63,953 bases of DNA, filler included, from Porpidia crustulata (GCA_964255105.1; 3 parts of 3 records of this genome joined end to end with filler, not necessarily neighbours in it), one strand, 5' to 3'. Positions 16,701-29,217 are shown, counted from the whole stretch's first letter. Made by a program: numbers and translations. The notes: generated by a model from the letters alone, not told the origin.

Positions 16701-19202
16701 CCATCCAACCCGAAAAGAAGAGACCTTACTGTGGCTGGCCGCTTAGGACGCTGGCAGCACGTATTTCCACGTGCGTTACGAACTTCAAAGTTCAAGTGGA
16801 AATCACTGTGCTCTCCAGCTGCTATACCCTTCACAACAGAAGACTTCCCTACGGCGGCTCAACTTGCTAGGGATTATCACCAAGTGACATATCACGTAGA
16901 GACTTTAGACGACGATGAGATTTCCGAGCAACACCGTCCTCGCGATTGGCATCTCAGGGAGATGATAGCGTTCCGCTTCTCGCAAGGGTTTCAAGTTGTG
17001 GTAGGGTCGAAACTGGCAAATTCTAGCGCACTTCAAGACTCCGATGGCTTCGACCTGCTTGACACCGGCGACGTCCCACAAGATGGTAGCAAGGTTTGCA
17101 TGTCCAAGGGTAGCGCTATTCATCATTTGTCATACATGGAGTCGAATAAGATCGAAATCAAAGGCTTTTTGCGAAAGCCAGCGGCTTCGAGCTATACTGG
17201 TGCTTTGCAGTATCGGCCAGCTATCAGAACCATGTTGAACAAAGAATATTTGTGTAGAAACATCACACTAGTACCAGACAGTCAAGATTGCCATGACTAC
17301 GCATGGGAAAAGATTGACCAATATTTGGCCGGCCAAGGGCAGGCACAGCCTAATATATCGGCAGATGGTCTTCGTTCGTGGCGTGCTCGTTTTGTTTTAA
17401 TTCCAATAGATCCTCCATCGAGTATGCGCCGTCCTCTCCATTCGATTAACGAAGACGACGAAGAGGAAATTCGATTGGAGGGTATCAAGAAACTGAGCCA
17501 GGTCTGGCAGCGGTTTCGTTATGTCCCGCCGGACGAGCGCCGTTTCCAAGCCACAACCTCCAGGCGCAAAGATCCAAACCCTTTGGATATCATATATCAA
17601 ACAAGGAATCCTTCCATAATCGTCGCAGCCGAGCTGGACAATATAGGAGAAAGCGACTCATGTGGAAGACCCGTGCAGCTGTTACCGGAATCGGAGCTTT
17701 ATCAGCGGTCAAATTTCAACCTGGGGTCTCTTGCTCAAACTATCCAAGGCGAGAAGGGTGTCCGCATGATGGATAGAAGGTGGCATCTAAGACTCCATTA
17801 CAACTGCTTCATCGGATTTGAGTTCACTACATGGCTTTTGCAAAATTTCAAAGACGTCGAGACACGAGATGAAGCAGTCGAGCTCGGGAATGATCTCATG
17901 AAGGGGGGACTTTTCCAGCATGTAGAGCAAAGACATAATTTTCGTGATGGAAACTATTTCTACCAAGTTGGTAGCGACTATCGGGCCCCTCGTCCAGAGT
18001 CGAGAAGCAATTGGTTTGGATCTCGGAGAGCGGATAGATCCGTGCCTCCAACCCCAGGCTCCGAGATGATGAGTAGAGACTCTTCAAAGGCCCCAGGGTC
18101 ACACTCGGGTCCTAATAATGGCCAGGCGGGCGTGACAGAGCCAACAACACCGACCGCTAACAAGAGACATCTAGGCGTCGCTTTAAGTAAGTCATTGCTG
18201 TACGATGTTGATCATCGAAAGAGATCTTACAGGCCAGAACTGATCAATCTCCACTATGACCGACTACACAACCCAGACAACTGTTATCACATTCGCATTG
18301 AATGGATGAGCACTACATCAAAGCTGATTGAGGATGCAATAGTTTCTTGGGCCACGTCTGTGGATAGATTTGGGCTACGATTGGTAGAGGTTCCCATCAG
18401 CGAAGCATCCACTATTGCCGATGCACACCCATTTCGAGCACCGTACTTGGTAAAGCTTGTCAAGAAACCGCCTGGCAAACAGCCACAGGACTACTTTGAT
18501 GCCACTTCTTTTACCCCTGTTCCACAGGCAGACAAGCAAGTTTATCAAAAGGCGATTATGAAGAAATTCAATTTCGTGCTCGATTTCGAGGCTGCTAGAG
18601 ACTTCCCCTCCGATGTCGACGTCACATACTCATGGGGCAAGCCCGACTACCAATTCCCACAATATATCCATCGTTCGGGAGTACTCCTAGCCCAGATCAC
18701 GGATGAAGGCGATTTTCTCCTTCTGGCCAATCGGCTCTATAACAACCGTAGTGCTGCACCTGACGCCGGAAAGCCAGAGGTCAATGAGATGCAAGATCGC
18801 GTCCGCTTCGGCCCGATGAGAACTGGCAACCACCGTGGCTCCCCTCGCCCTTCGCCATTCACCTCCCCTCTTATGCGCGCATCTAATGGTACGACGGTAT
18901 CCACACCACAATCCGCAAAATCCACTTCTGGCCTCACTATGCCGACGGCGGAGCAGATCAAAGTAGATTTTGAGAGCTTTTGCCACGACCCGTCCGTCCT
19001 CGGGAAGTTTTACAACGACATCCTCAGTAAAGCTTCTTCTCCTGCTCCAAATATACCATTTATGGAGGCGAGCATTCCCGCGCTCGGGCTCCCACCTAGC
19101 ATGATGTTGAACGAAGCATCGCCAAGTCCACGAAGTAGCGCCAAGAAGGTTGAGTCAGGTGGGAATGGCAGCCCACAGATGGGTATCCTAAGTCCTATCT
19201 GA
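13717..19202 (+). CDS. IML1: Vacuolar membrane-associated protein Iml1 (SEACIT/GATOR1 subunit, DEPDC5 homologue); introns 14089-14148, 14218-14291
   Basis: [63 protein letters not shown] and DEP domain (MMDRRWHLRLHYNCFIG...HNFRDGNYFY). Confidence 0.95.
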
Positions 19203-20065
19203 GACGTTAATACTATTTGGGAGCAACTGGTCTGGGACAGAGGATCTGGAGTTACACTGTAGGCATTGCTTGCTCTCATCGATAAAGATCTCAGATTGTC
19301 AGTGGGAAATCTAAATTTATCGACTCACGGAGGTCGGAGGGACTGAAAGTAGACGTGCAAGACGTGGTAGCCTAGCCAGTAGTTTGTCAACGAGGCGGCG
19401 GAGATGGCTCAAACTAGCAAGCGAAAAAACCAATCAACAATCATTGCGCGTGTGTGGGCTACACTAAGTACTTTCAGTGTGGAGGTCCATACGGGAATAG
19501 ATCAAACAAACCACCAACGCAAGCTCGCGATTGGTAGTCGCCCGCTAAGTACGCCTGACAGTTCAGCAAGAAAACCAGAACCTTCAACGTGATTTTATAC
19601 ACAGTAGACAATCATCGCGATGGAAGGATATTGAAGAATTCTAACAGCTTGAGCACACATTTCAAAATGTCCGATAGATTACTTGGCATTCTTTCTGTGT
19701 CACAGACGACAAGGATGGTCCGGTCGCGTTCCAATGGGCAATGAGAGATTTCGGCAGGCCTGAATTTCTCAAGCATTTCAGGCCTTACGGAAGCCTTAGA
19801 TTTTGACATCGCCCCAGCCTGATGCTTGACGATGTTGTTCGTACCATTCTATGATATTCAGCCACCAGCTGAAGGCGCGAAATGGCCTGTAATCCTTCGC
19901 GCCACGTAGAATACTTATCTGGACCCCCAGTGAATCGCGTCACTCTTACCTTCGACCTCGACCTCGAAGTTATCAACCTATTTTCCTCATATGCCTTTAC
20001 TCTCCCAATGAACAGCTCTTAATAGTATTTCTTTTCTCTTGCCGGCAGTCCACTCGCCTTTCACA

Positions 20066-21852
20066 ATGGTCTCAATCAGTGTCTCGTTAGTCGTCACTTT
20101 GGTACTATGTCTTCAAGTCAGAGCCTTGTCCGAAAAGCAAGCTGTTGCAAGAAGGCAACTCAAACAGTTCCTTGCCGAGCGTGGCTCTCTTGACAATACC
20201 ACTGCATATAATACCACAAACCCATTTTTTTCAGGCTCCAGTGACATAGCCGCTGAGAACTTCACAATGCCATTGGATCATTTTGGCAACAACACTGGTA
20301 GGCTCTGGATATCCTGTCGTGGTATCTCTCGCTGACAAATGCAGCTACTTTCATCAATCGCTTCTGGGTGTCGGAGGATGTGTACGAACCCGGGAGTCCA
20401 ATCTTCCTTTTCGACCAAGGAGAAGGAGATGCCTCGCCTGCTGTATTTGATACATTGCAGGACGAGTCCACGCCTTTGCGGAAGATGATTAGGAAATTCA
20501 ATGGCATGGGAATCGTCTGGGAGCACCGATACTACGGCCTTTCGTTGCCCGGCGAGCCGTTATCTACCAACACCACAGCGGAAGAGCTCCAGTACCTTAC
20601 CATCGAACAAGCCCTCGAAGACGTAGCATATTTTGCTCGCAACTTCACCCGCTCCAACTACACGGCCCTAACGCCAGATCAAACCCCCTGGGTCTTTGTC
20701 GGCGCGTCTTACCCTGGAGCACGTGCTGCCTGGATGCGCAATTTCTACCCTGATGTCATCTACGCGTCTTACGCTGCTTCTGCTCCTGTAGAGGCACGAG
20801 TGGAATTTTCCTCCTACTATGATCAAATCTATCGTAGTATGGTCGCCAACGGCTTTGGCAATTGCACCAAGGATGTGACAGCGGCAGTCCACTACATTGA
20901 CGAAATCCTCGACATGAGCCCCTACAACTACGGCAACGACACCTCCACCGCGGGAAAAAAGGTCACGGCTCTGAAAGAACTCTTCCTTGGCAAAGGCAAC
21001 GGCCTTAGCTCCAACAGCGGCTTTGCAAGTAACCTAGGCCGCGACATCCCCGGGGACTTCCAGTATACCGGCATCGAGGGTAGTCTCGACGGTACCTCCG
21101 CTGGTATCCGCGGTCTTTGCGATTACCTCGGCACGGATCCCGATAACAACCGTATTTCCGGCGCGGACGGCTGGGCCAAGGAAAAAGGTGCGGAATGGGT
21201 CGTGAATCTCTGGGCCTCGTACGGCATCTGCCCCTACGGCGGGTGTGGTACCGGCGATGGCTTGGCGGAGGACTCGGACTCGATCGCCTGGGTTTGGCAA
21301 ACCTGCACCCAAGTCGGGTATTTCCAAAGCGCCAACCTCGGCGACCACCAACTCGCGTCCAAATACGTCTCGCAGGCCTCCTTCTACCAAGCCTGCCAGG
21401 CGCAATTCGCCGCCAACGTGCCCGCCACCGGCTTCCTCCCGGACACGCCCGACGCCAACGGCACCAACGCCCGGCTCGGCGGGTGGGCCATCCGCCCCAG
21501 CAACGTGTTCTGGTCCAACGGCGAGTTCGACCCCTGGCGCTCCCTGTCCCCCATGTCCACCGAGCCCTTTTCGCCCAACTACCCCGTCACCGACACCCCG
21601 ATCCCCACCTGCCTCTCCAACACGACCTCGTCCAATTCCTCGGACAACACCGTTGCAACGATCAACCCCGAAGAAGTCTTTGGCTTCGTCCTCCCCAACG
21701 CCGAACATGGCTTCGACCTTGGCGGTCGCATTGGTGACTACAGCACGCAAGCCCTTGATCATACGCGCATGGATTTTGAGACCGCGTTGACGGATTGGCT
21801 TAAGTGTTTCCGCGCCGGCGGATACGAGGGGAAGGGGACGGCGGGCGTGGGG
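20066..21852 (+). CDS. Secreted serine carboxypeptidase, family S28; 3' end lost in the gap; intron 20298-20344
   Basis: Hydrophobic signal peptide, PLDHF, WEHRYYG, EQALEDVAYF, nucleophile motif GASYPG, WQTCTQVGYFQ and NGEFDPW. Confidence 0.9.
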
Positions 21853-21952
21853 NNNNNNNNNNNNNNNNNNNNNNNNNNNNNNNNNNNNNNNNNNNNTTAA
21901 TTAATTAANNNNNNNNNNNNNNNNNNNNNNNNNNNNNNNNNNNNNNNNNNNN
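21853..21952. other. Artificial contig linker / assembly gap
   Basis: N44-TTAATTAATTAA-N44, with stops in all six frames. Confidence 0.98.
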
Positions 21953-22046
21953 GTGAGTGGGTGTGGGATGAGATTTGGTGTGAGGTTGGGTGTGAGGCTG
22001 AAGATGGGGTTGGGTGTGAAGTTGGGTGTGAGGTTGGGTACGAGGT
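21953..22046. repeat. Degenerate 12-bp G/T-rich tandem repeat (GTGAGGTTGGGT) at the contig edge
   Basis: About 6 imperfect copies next to the gap. Confidence 0.75.
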
Positions 22047-22373
22047 CGAAGCTGGAGTTGTCGTCGACAAAGGTTCGAGGTCTGGTCCCTCCATACCGAG
22101 GACACAGGCAGCAGTCGGAAGGACAGTCGGTGAAAGAGACTGAAGGAGATGGGTAGGAGGCGTCACGGGCGGCGAAAGAACCCCTAGAGAGCGCGCCCTC
22201 CCACGGGCGAAATATCAACAGGTGCTTCTATCCATTATATACAATCAAAAACTTAAAGAGCAAATATTGACAAGCGCTTGTATGCACAAAACCGAAAATC
22301 GAGGGGATATAGAAGGCCGGATGATGTGCAATATCAAAGCAATTCCGAAAACGAAAAGGGAGACGGGAACGTT

Positions 22374-24768
22374 TCAGAATCCCTTACCCTCACCCAGATC
22401 CAACCCGCCAACCCCGTCGTCCCGTCCGGCGAACCCATCCGGCACGCTGCTTTCCTCTTCCTCCACGCGGCCCCTATCGCGGCTGGCGCTGGAGTTCTTC
22501 ATCCACTCGGCGTACATCGTCCCGCTGCCGTTTTGACGCATGTGAAAGGTCTTGGCGCTGCTGGCCCCGCCGCCTGCAGCGCTGGGCGAATTCCCAGCCG
22601 CATTCTCGCGCTCGTATTGGCTCGGTGTGGCGGGTACGGCGTGGTGCAATTCGTACCTGGCCAAGGCACGCTCTCGACTTGGTAAAGATCCCGTGACCTG
22701 CTCGTTCTCGACCATCACAACCATCCACACGCCTACCTGGTCATCACTGCCAAGTAGCGGCGTGCAGGAGATATACCTCGCTCTTGACCCTGCAACGCCG
22801 GTGAAATTTCCACGCTCATGCCGGCTTGAGGGGCGGGAGTCCGGGTCGTCGTCTTGGCGACCTTGGGGTAGCCACATGACCTTTGCGGTCACGGAGTCAC
22901 CCTTTTCAAAGGCGTCGCTGAGTCCGTCACGGACGTGCGCGGGACCACCGATGCGGGACAGGAAGGGTGATTGGAGGAGGCCGGGGATGCGAAGGGCGGA
23001 GGAGACAAAGACGATACGGAGAGAGGGATAAGGGCGGACGAGGAGATACTTTTGAGAGTATTAGCGAATTCTGAGAGCGAGTGGAGAGTCGAGGAATTAC
23101 ATTCTGATACACTCCCGGCAATTTTCCTGATGGACCTAGCGAGGGTTGTGCCCAGGCTTGACGCATCTCGTTGCCATCCTCGTCTTCTTCGGTGCCCAGC
23201 ACCACTCTTCTCGGTTGCCGGACGCTGGGATCCCTCCTTCCAGCGGTTCCTCTCACAGATTGCTGTACACTCACCGTATCCTGCATGGAACTGCTTCTGC
23301 TATGACCTCCCAGTGCCGAAGTTTCCTCTACGGAAAGCATTTGTCCGAATTCATTGAGCGCTCTTAGTGGTTTTCTCAACGAGTCCTCATCCGTTTCAGA
23401 GCTGTCATGGTGGCGGTGACGATTTTTGCTTTCGGAAAGGGTGCGTTCGAATGAATCCAAACCGCGGCCGTCTTCGATGAGTCCGGAAACGTCAATTTGA
23501 GCGCCGATGAAGTAGCGGACTATACCACGATTATCATACAATGGAGCGACCATTACAAGGTTCATAAATGGGGAACCGTCTCGTCGACTTGGAAATCAAT
23601 GTTAGGTAATAATCTATCAATTTTCAATGTCCACTCACTAGTTCAAAACAGTTTCAAAGCTTTCTTGACCGGACTTCACGGCCGCTTTTATCCTTTCAAT
23701 GCATGCTCGGTCGGTTTTTGGACCTTGCAGGAAACGGCAATTTTTGCCTATCACGTAATCTCTTCCATATTGAGTTGTTCGGTAGAATTCTGATATTGTC
23801 ACTTCATTAGCAATATCCTTCAAATTCTCTCGTCTACAGCATTGTATACCTTCACTTGCATAAACGATTGGGTTATCCTTCTGATTCGGATCGGACAAAC
23901 AAAAGACCTCGGCGGATCCTGCAACCAATTCTCGCATCACAGGCATCGCTGTCCCGGTGATCTCCCTGACAATAGTCTCCGTCACCACCTTGACCAGTCC
24001 ATATGTGATGTATGCAGGCAGTGCGTCATGTACCAGAGTATCGAGAGCTCTTTTGGCACGGGCTTCAAACCGTGCGTCAACGGTTGCGGCGGCGCAAGCT
24101 ATCTGACCCGAATGCTCGCCCGGAAGCGGCTTGATCGATTCGGCCAACGCATTGGCATATTCTACCGCCTTGATGGCCTTTTGAGCTTCCAAGTATCGTA
24201 CAAGGACTGGCGCGGAGGATGGCTTAAAGCGATTGATAAAGGTGGTAAATCGAAGGAAGAAAGCGGGATCGCGAAGAATCGTCCCTAGGTGTTCGGCGGA
24301 GAAAAGACGTTCTGATAATGTGTCGAGTAATTTGACCGGTTTATTGGGAGGCGGAGGGCGGAGGTCGAAGTTCTGGCCATGGTCGCCCGGCGACGGATAA
24401 CCCATCTGGTGGTGCACTTCGGACGACGAATGATCTACATCGGCCATTGACGAGCGCGGGAGCGGTGACGGTGGAATTGGAAAATCCGTGCTCACGGGCG
24501 ACCCTGGCGAGGGTAGAAGGACAGTATCGTTCGCAGGTACGTAGTCAATGGCTCGTATCGTCGGGCTGCTCTTTTTTCCCGGCAGTCGTGGCACCACAGC
24601 GACTTGGTGATTTATGTAGGCCGAATCATCGGTGTGAGTGTTCGAGGTGGACGCTGACCGGCCACTTTTGGACCGCTTGGTCGATTCGGATTTCTCGGAC
24701 TTGGAAACCTTCAGGCCGTTCTTTATCCGTCCCATGTCCAGTCCAACATCAAAGACTCTGCGCGACAT
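22374..24768 (-). CDS. RGS-LOV-type blue-light receptor (RGS-like region, LOV domain, C-terminal PAS-like DUF); 3 introns; start uncertain
   Basis: Spliced LOV core FCLSDPNQKDNPIVYASEEF...GKNCRFLQG...NYRRDGSPFMNL...YFIGAQIDV. Upstream helical region LFSAEHLGTILRDPAFFLRF...KAVEYANALAE; downstream YLLVRPYPSLRIVFVSSALRIPGLLQSPFLSRIGGP. Confidence 0.88.
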
Positions 24769-25210
24769 GGCCGGGCTGCTGGCGGCAGAAGAATCCAGTC
24801 GATCAAAGATTAAGGAAAAATCTTGAGAACTTCCCAGGGAGTCATTGTTCATCAAGTGCATGTAAATGTAGAAAACTTCAGCTAAGAATTGGTAATATGG
24901 GAATAATAATGCTAATAATAATGCCTGTAGTAGGCTGAGGGGTGGTGGTAGGGATGGACGACGGCTGCTAGAGGGCGGGTCAGCGTGGAGATTATTGGGA
25001 GATGAGATGCAAGGAAGATGATGCAAGTCGGATCGATTCCGATTGACTTGATAGGCCAATAACCAGATCTGGAGAATCAGGAGCAACGTTGTTACTCAAC
25101 TCTAGATGACTACAGGATAGACGATTTGTGACGCAGGCAGGAATAGTAAGAGTGGCGAGAGTCGTGTTGGAAATATCAATCATGACATTGATTGACAGTC
25201 ATGGCTAGGG

Positions 25211-26269
25211 CTAGACTACTCGACTCTAACTGTACCTGTTCAGCGTAGTCTCTTCACGCAAGAGAGACGCATCCCAATAGTCATGTCAGAGATTGGGGAT
25301 GATGACGATCTCGATATGATGAGCTAGCTTATCGACCATTCGGGATTAATGCAGGCCACCCAGCCACATACCGACTAGCTCCACGATGAGTCCAATCCAA
25401 GATCAGCCCTGAATCAGGGTCTGCATGAATCAATGAGGCAAGCGTCGTGTAAATTAATTTGAGTGCAGAAAATTCATTCCACCAAGACATCAACATTTGT
25501 AAATACAACACGAGAGATGCTGCCATCGTCTTTGACCACGTTATCCACCGATGGGAAATATTCGTGTTGGTTCATTGGTGAGCATCCCGCCGACTCGCGA
25601 TGCCATCCACGGCCCATTCTTTGAAGTCTGGACCTGTCTCGTGCGGCACCGCTGCGGCAGGGACAGCAATCAATGTCAATTTCGGTGAGCCAAAGCCACT
25701 GCGGACATGGATTTAAATTGACGAGCGGCGCGTTGGTTATGGGAAGATGGTCACAACTAAGCCGCTGCTCTCGTTCGTTGCTGCCTCCACCCTCTACCCT
25801 AACGGAGCTTCGCGACTTTCAGCCCATGTACGATTAGGGGGAGATTTGGTGGTGTGCTTAAAGTTTGCGCTGTCGGCCGCCAATGTCGGTGAGGCTTGCG
25901 TCAGAGACCACGCAGATGGGATGCGTAACATCCTCTTATCCTCCATTCCACTTTGTAGCTTCACCGTCTGATGTAGGCATTTCTGGTGTTGATTTCCTAG
26001 ATGTTCAAGCCCTTCGGATGCGCAATCGGGTGACACGTGCTGCTGCTGTTTCAGCTGCTAGCCGAGCCGCAGGGACCGCCGATCGGAAGGATGGCTTGAA
26101 TCCGGGAGTCGATCTGATGCCGAATGCGGCTTTGGTTCTCCTGCCGCAAAAGTGGCATCAAATAATCTATACCTGGAGCAGTCTCTTCATGAGGTCCCCG
26201 CCCGATATGGCAAGATCCGTTACTGTAGAAGCATTATAACTGATGGCTTTAGTAGTTGTGGTAGTTTAG
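25211..26269 (+). ncRNA. Candidate ~1.1-kb structured non-coding RNA, class unknown
   Basis: No credible ORF; at least 8 local hairpins and a 19-bp helix pairing 25211-25229 with 26249-26269. Wobble pairs are G-U only on the + strand. No Rfam-type assignment could be made by eye. Confidence 0.45.
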
Positions 26270-26597
26270 ACATGCGTGTTGCTTTTGCTTTATTGTAGGG
26301 TCAAATATACAACGGTAATCCGCTTGTGATTATAGAGAGATATATGGTACATAATCAATAGATAAGTGTTTCAATAGCATGCCCAGTGATATTAATCGTA
26401 GCCACAGATCGAGTTATCAAGTTATTCAGATCCAGCGTCCTCCGTCGTTAGGAAAACCGAAAAACAGGAACGCGACACGAAGGGTATATAAATCCAGAAG
26501 ATGTCATTGTATATGGTCCTCCTCGTGAATCGAACGCCAGGTCGTTATAGGTAGCGGATGTAGATGTTGAGCTTCTCCAAGGAACTCAAACGCTATC

Positions 26598-29217
26598 TCA
26601 GAATGCCTCCCCATTAATTTCACCGTCCAGCACTCGTCGTGCGGCATCAAGCCGTCTACGCCACGATCTTCCTTCGTACTTAGATCCCTCGGTACCTATG
26701 GCATGAAGGCTATAGCAAACCTTGGACAAACTCTTCACTAGCCTCTCCACGAAGTCTTTGTCGCTCTTACTGAGCTGGAGATGTTCACCCTCAGTCAAGG
26801 GGCTGGTGGCAGTGAGAATCGAGAACAATTCGGCGGAGGGAAAAGGCGAGCTTGTGGTGCCACCGCTCTTAGACGGCTCCGACAGTGATTTGGATCGTTC
26901 GGGAACCGTAGAAGATGGTGCGGGAGATGCATTGACTGGAAATCTCCGCACTGTTGCCCCTCTCATGCTTCGAACCCTTCGTGGCGTTTCTGCAGGCGGA
27001 GCCTCAACTACACTGGTAGCAAGCTGACGTTCAACAGGGAATTCCGGTTCGAATACTCCTGCTCTTGGTCGTTGATGGGTCCATTCGTCCTCATCAGCCT
27101 CTGAGGCTCTCCCCTCTGTAGCAGTCGCAAAGGTAGCGACCGTTGAGATCGATCCGCCGCTGTCCTTTCTGTAATGACCGTTCCGGCTTAGGGAAGCAAT
27201 CCCTTGCTTTACCTTTGGGGTGACGTTGGCGCTTTCTTCTTCAATTTCTTGTGGTTCTGCGACTGTTATGTTGTCGGGCTTGGTAGTTTCAGTCGAGTAC
27301 ATTGAGCTGCTACTGCTCCTTCGGCTCAGGTTTCGTCGACCGACAGCTCCCATGCCGCTGTGAAGAAAGAAGTGTTCATAATCAAATGCATCTGGGCGAT
27401 CTTCATGCCTTTCGCCGACGGGCACAGGGAAAGATTCGTGGTAATCTTGATCGCCATACAGGCTGTCATATTCCTCGTCGACTTTAGCCCCGTCAAAGAC
27501 TGACCCGTCTTCGACTGCCTCGACTTCCTGCGGATCTTCCTGCGGATCTGGGCCATCGGCATTTGGAGCTCCTAGGTGTTGAGATGACCCGTTCCGATCG
27601 GCGTCATGTAGTCGAGGATGTAACAAGCTACCATCTTCGGAACTTTCCTCGATAATTGTCGGCTCTTGACTATGCTCCGCGCTCCGCACCATATGTTGTT
27701 CTTCCGATCCTGGTCTTAGCGTGTCATTGGGGGCTTGCGGTAATCGAGCTGGAGGCGGCACGCTCGACCCGCGCGTCGCTTGGGCCTCTTGATAATCCGA
27801 AGCTCCAGTGTACCATTGCTCAGCGGCGGTAAAAGGACTTGGTGTTCGTAGGCTTTGTAAACTTCGTCTTCTCATACTGTCTTGGCGAGCTCGCTGCTTT
27901 AAGTTCGATATTTTCCCTTTGAGATCCTGCATCTGATCCCGTAGATCTCGCATCTGATTAGTCGAGCGTGCTCTTGTAAGCCCATTGGCGGGAGGGTGCT
28001 CGGCGTCAAATGTAGTAGCATCTGAAGCGTGTTGGCTGCTCGAAGCTCGATCAGACTTCTCATCTGACGGGGGTGTAACCCCTCGAGACGCGGGCGATTC
28101 AAATGAAGCAGGAGCTGGGCCGTCTTCATGGAGAGGCTCCAGTGAGTTGTTGTAATGTCCAGCGTAGCTTCCATTCCGCGTTAAACCAGTCCAAAACCAA
28201 TTGCGAGATGCCCCAGACTCCGGCTCTTCGTGTGTGATGTGTAGATCGGACGCTACGCCATTCGAAGCCATAGCGCTTGAGGCTCGTACCCCCTCTCTCT
28301 TCAACTCCTCGCTGCGAGTATGCTGTGATGATGAGGGAACAGAGGTCTCACTGTACACCCTTGAATGGCCTTTATTGTTATTGGAAGACAGCGTCGGGTT
28401 TGGCTGCCCGGATTTCATGACCGGTAATCTATACAGCGAAATTCCCTCACCGTTGCGATCTGCAAAAGACGACATGGAAGACGAAGGCCTTGAGTTGAGG
28501 CCACTGCGGGCGCGGCTGAGATTGCCCTCCATATTCTACAGGTGTTCAGCAAGATATTCGACTCGCTCCCGGAATAGCTTACCGTGAGCCTCTTCTTAGC
28601 ATTTGCTAAAATCTGCTCTGCTCGTATAGACATGGCAGCACTTGAATACGTATCATTCATATCGTCGTTCAATCCTGGATTAACACCTCAGTCAGACATT
28701 GCAATCCAATATCCCACTCCACGCCCACTACACTTATCATTCTTTAAGATATCCTGTACTCACTCATAATATCGCCTTCTGCGTGGGAATCAAAGCCGTC
28801 CCATATTTCAGGGTCAGCGCCGTCCGACATCATGTCGCTCGTACCAGTGAGATCGTATTCATCTTGTAATGTCGGAGACGATGCTAGAGCGGAACTCATG
28901 CTGGTCCGTTGACTCAGCCTTGATTGTTCTCCCTCGGCCCCCGACTTGGTGTCCCCACCCCTCAATGCGGTCGGGTCCGAGGGTTTATCCCGTGACCGAT
29001 GGCCGTTCCCGAATAGGTTGAGTACCGCCTTCCGCATTGGTGCTTGGCCATCAGCGAGATCGTACGTAGGTGGGGAAGGCGGACGTTGAGAATTCCTGGG
29101 CGGAGACGATGTGATATCTGGAGGGTCGGAGTCGAAAGGAAGGATCATGTCAGGGTTGGTGAGGGTAGGCGACGGTAGATGATCGGACGCCATGTGGGCG
29201 GCGGACAGGAACTGCAT
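26598..29217 (-). CDS. Hypothetical fungal protein, Ser/Pro-rich with a coiled coil (3 exons; start uncertain)
   Basis: Long ORFs joined by GT-AG introns. Conserved-looking blocks PSPTLTNPDMILP, RAEQILANAKKRLT-MEGNL, MRDLRDQMQDLKGKISNLK, HEDRPDAFDYEHFFLHS and WRRRLDAARRVLDG. Confidence 0.8.

Noticed and set aside
21034..21790. Several 180-240 aa overlapping ORFs in the S28 peptidase gene
   Set aside because: Shadow frames caused by high GC and codon bias.
21897..21908. Palindromic TTAATTAATTAA occurring twice in the window (also 43815-43826)
   Set aside because: Centred in identical N runs; an artificial six-frame-stop linker, not biology.
21953..22046. G/T-rich repeats at contig edges as telomeres or a CRISPR-like array
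   Set aside because: Not (TTAGGG)n, degenerate, no spacers; eukaryotic low-complexity sequence.
25990..26234. Possible snR30/U17 m1 and m2 motifs (GATTTCCTA, GAAGCAT)
   Set aside because: They deviate at the positions that must pair with 18S rRNA (UAUUCC and AAACCA).
25899..26520. Group I intron R-like (TCAGAGACCA) and S-like (ATATGGTCC) motifs
   Set aside because: The Q-like motif is out of order, no core P3-P7 fold could be built, and there is no rRNA host.
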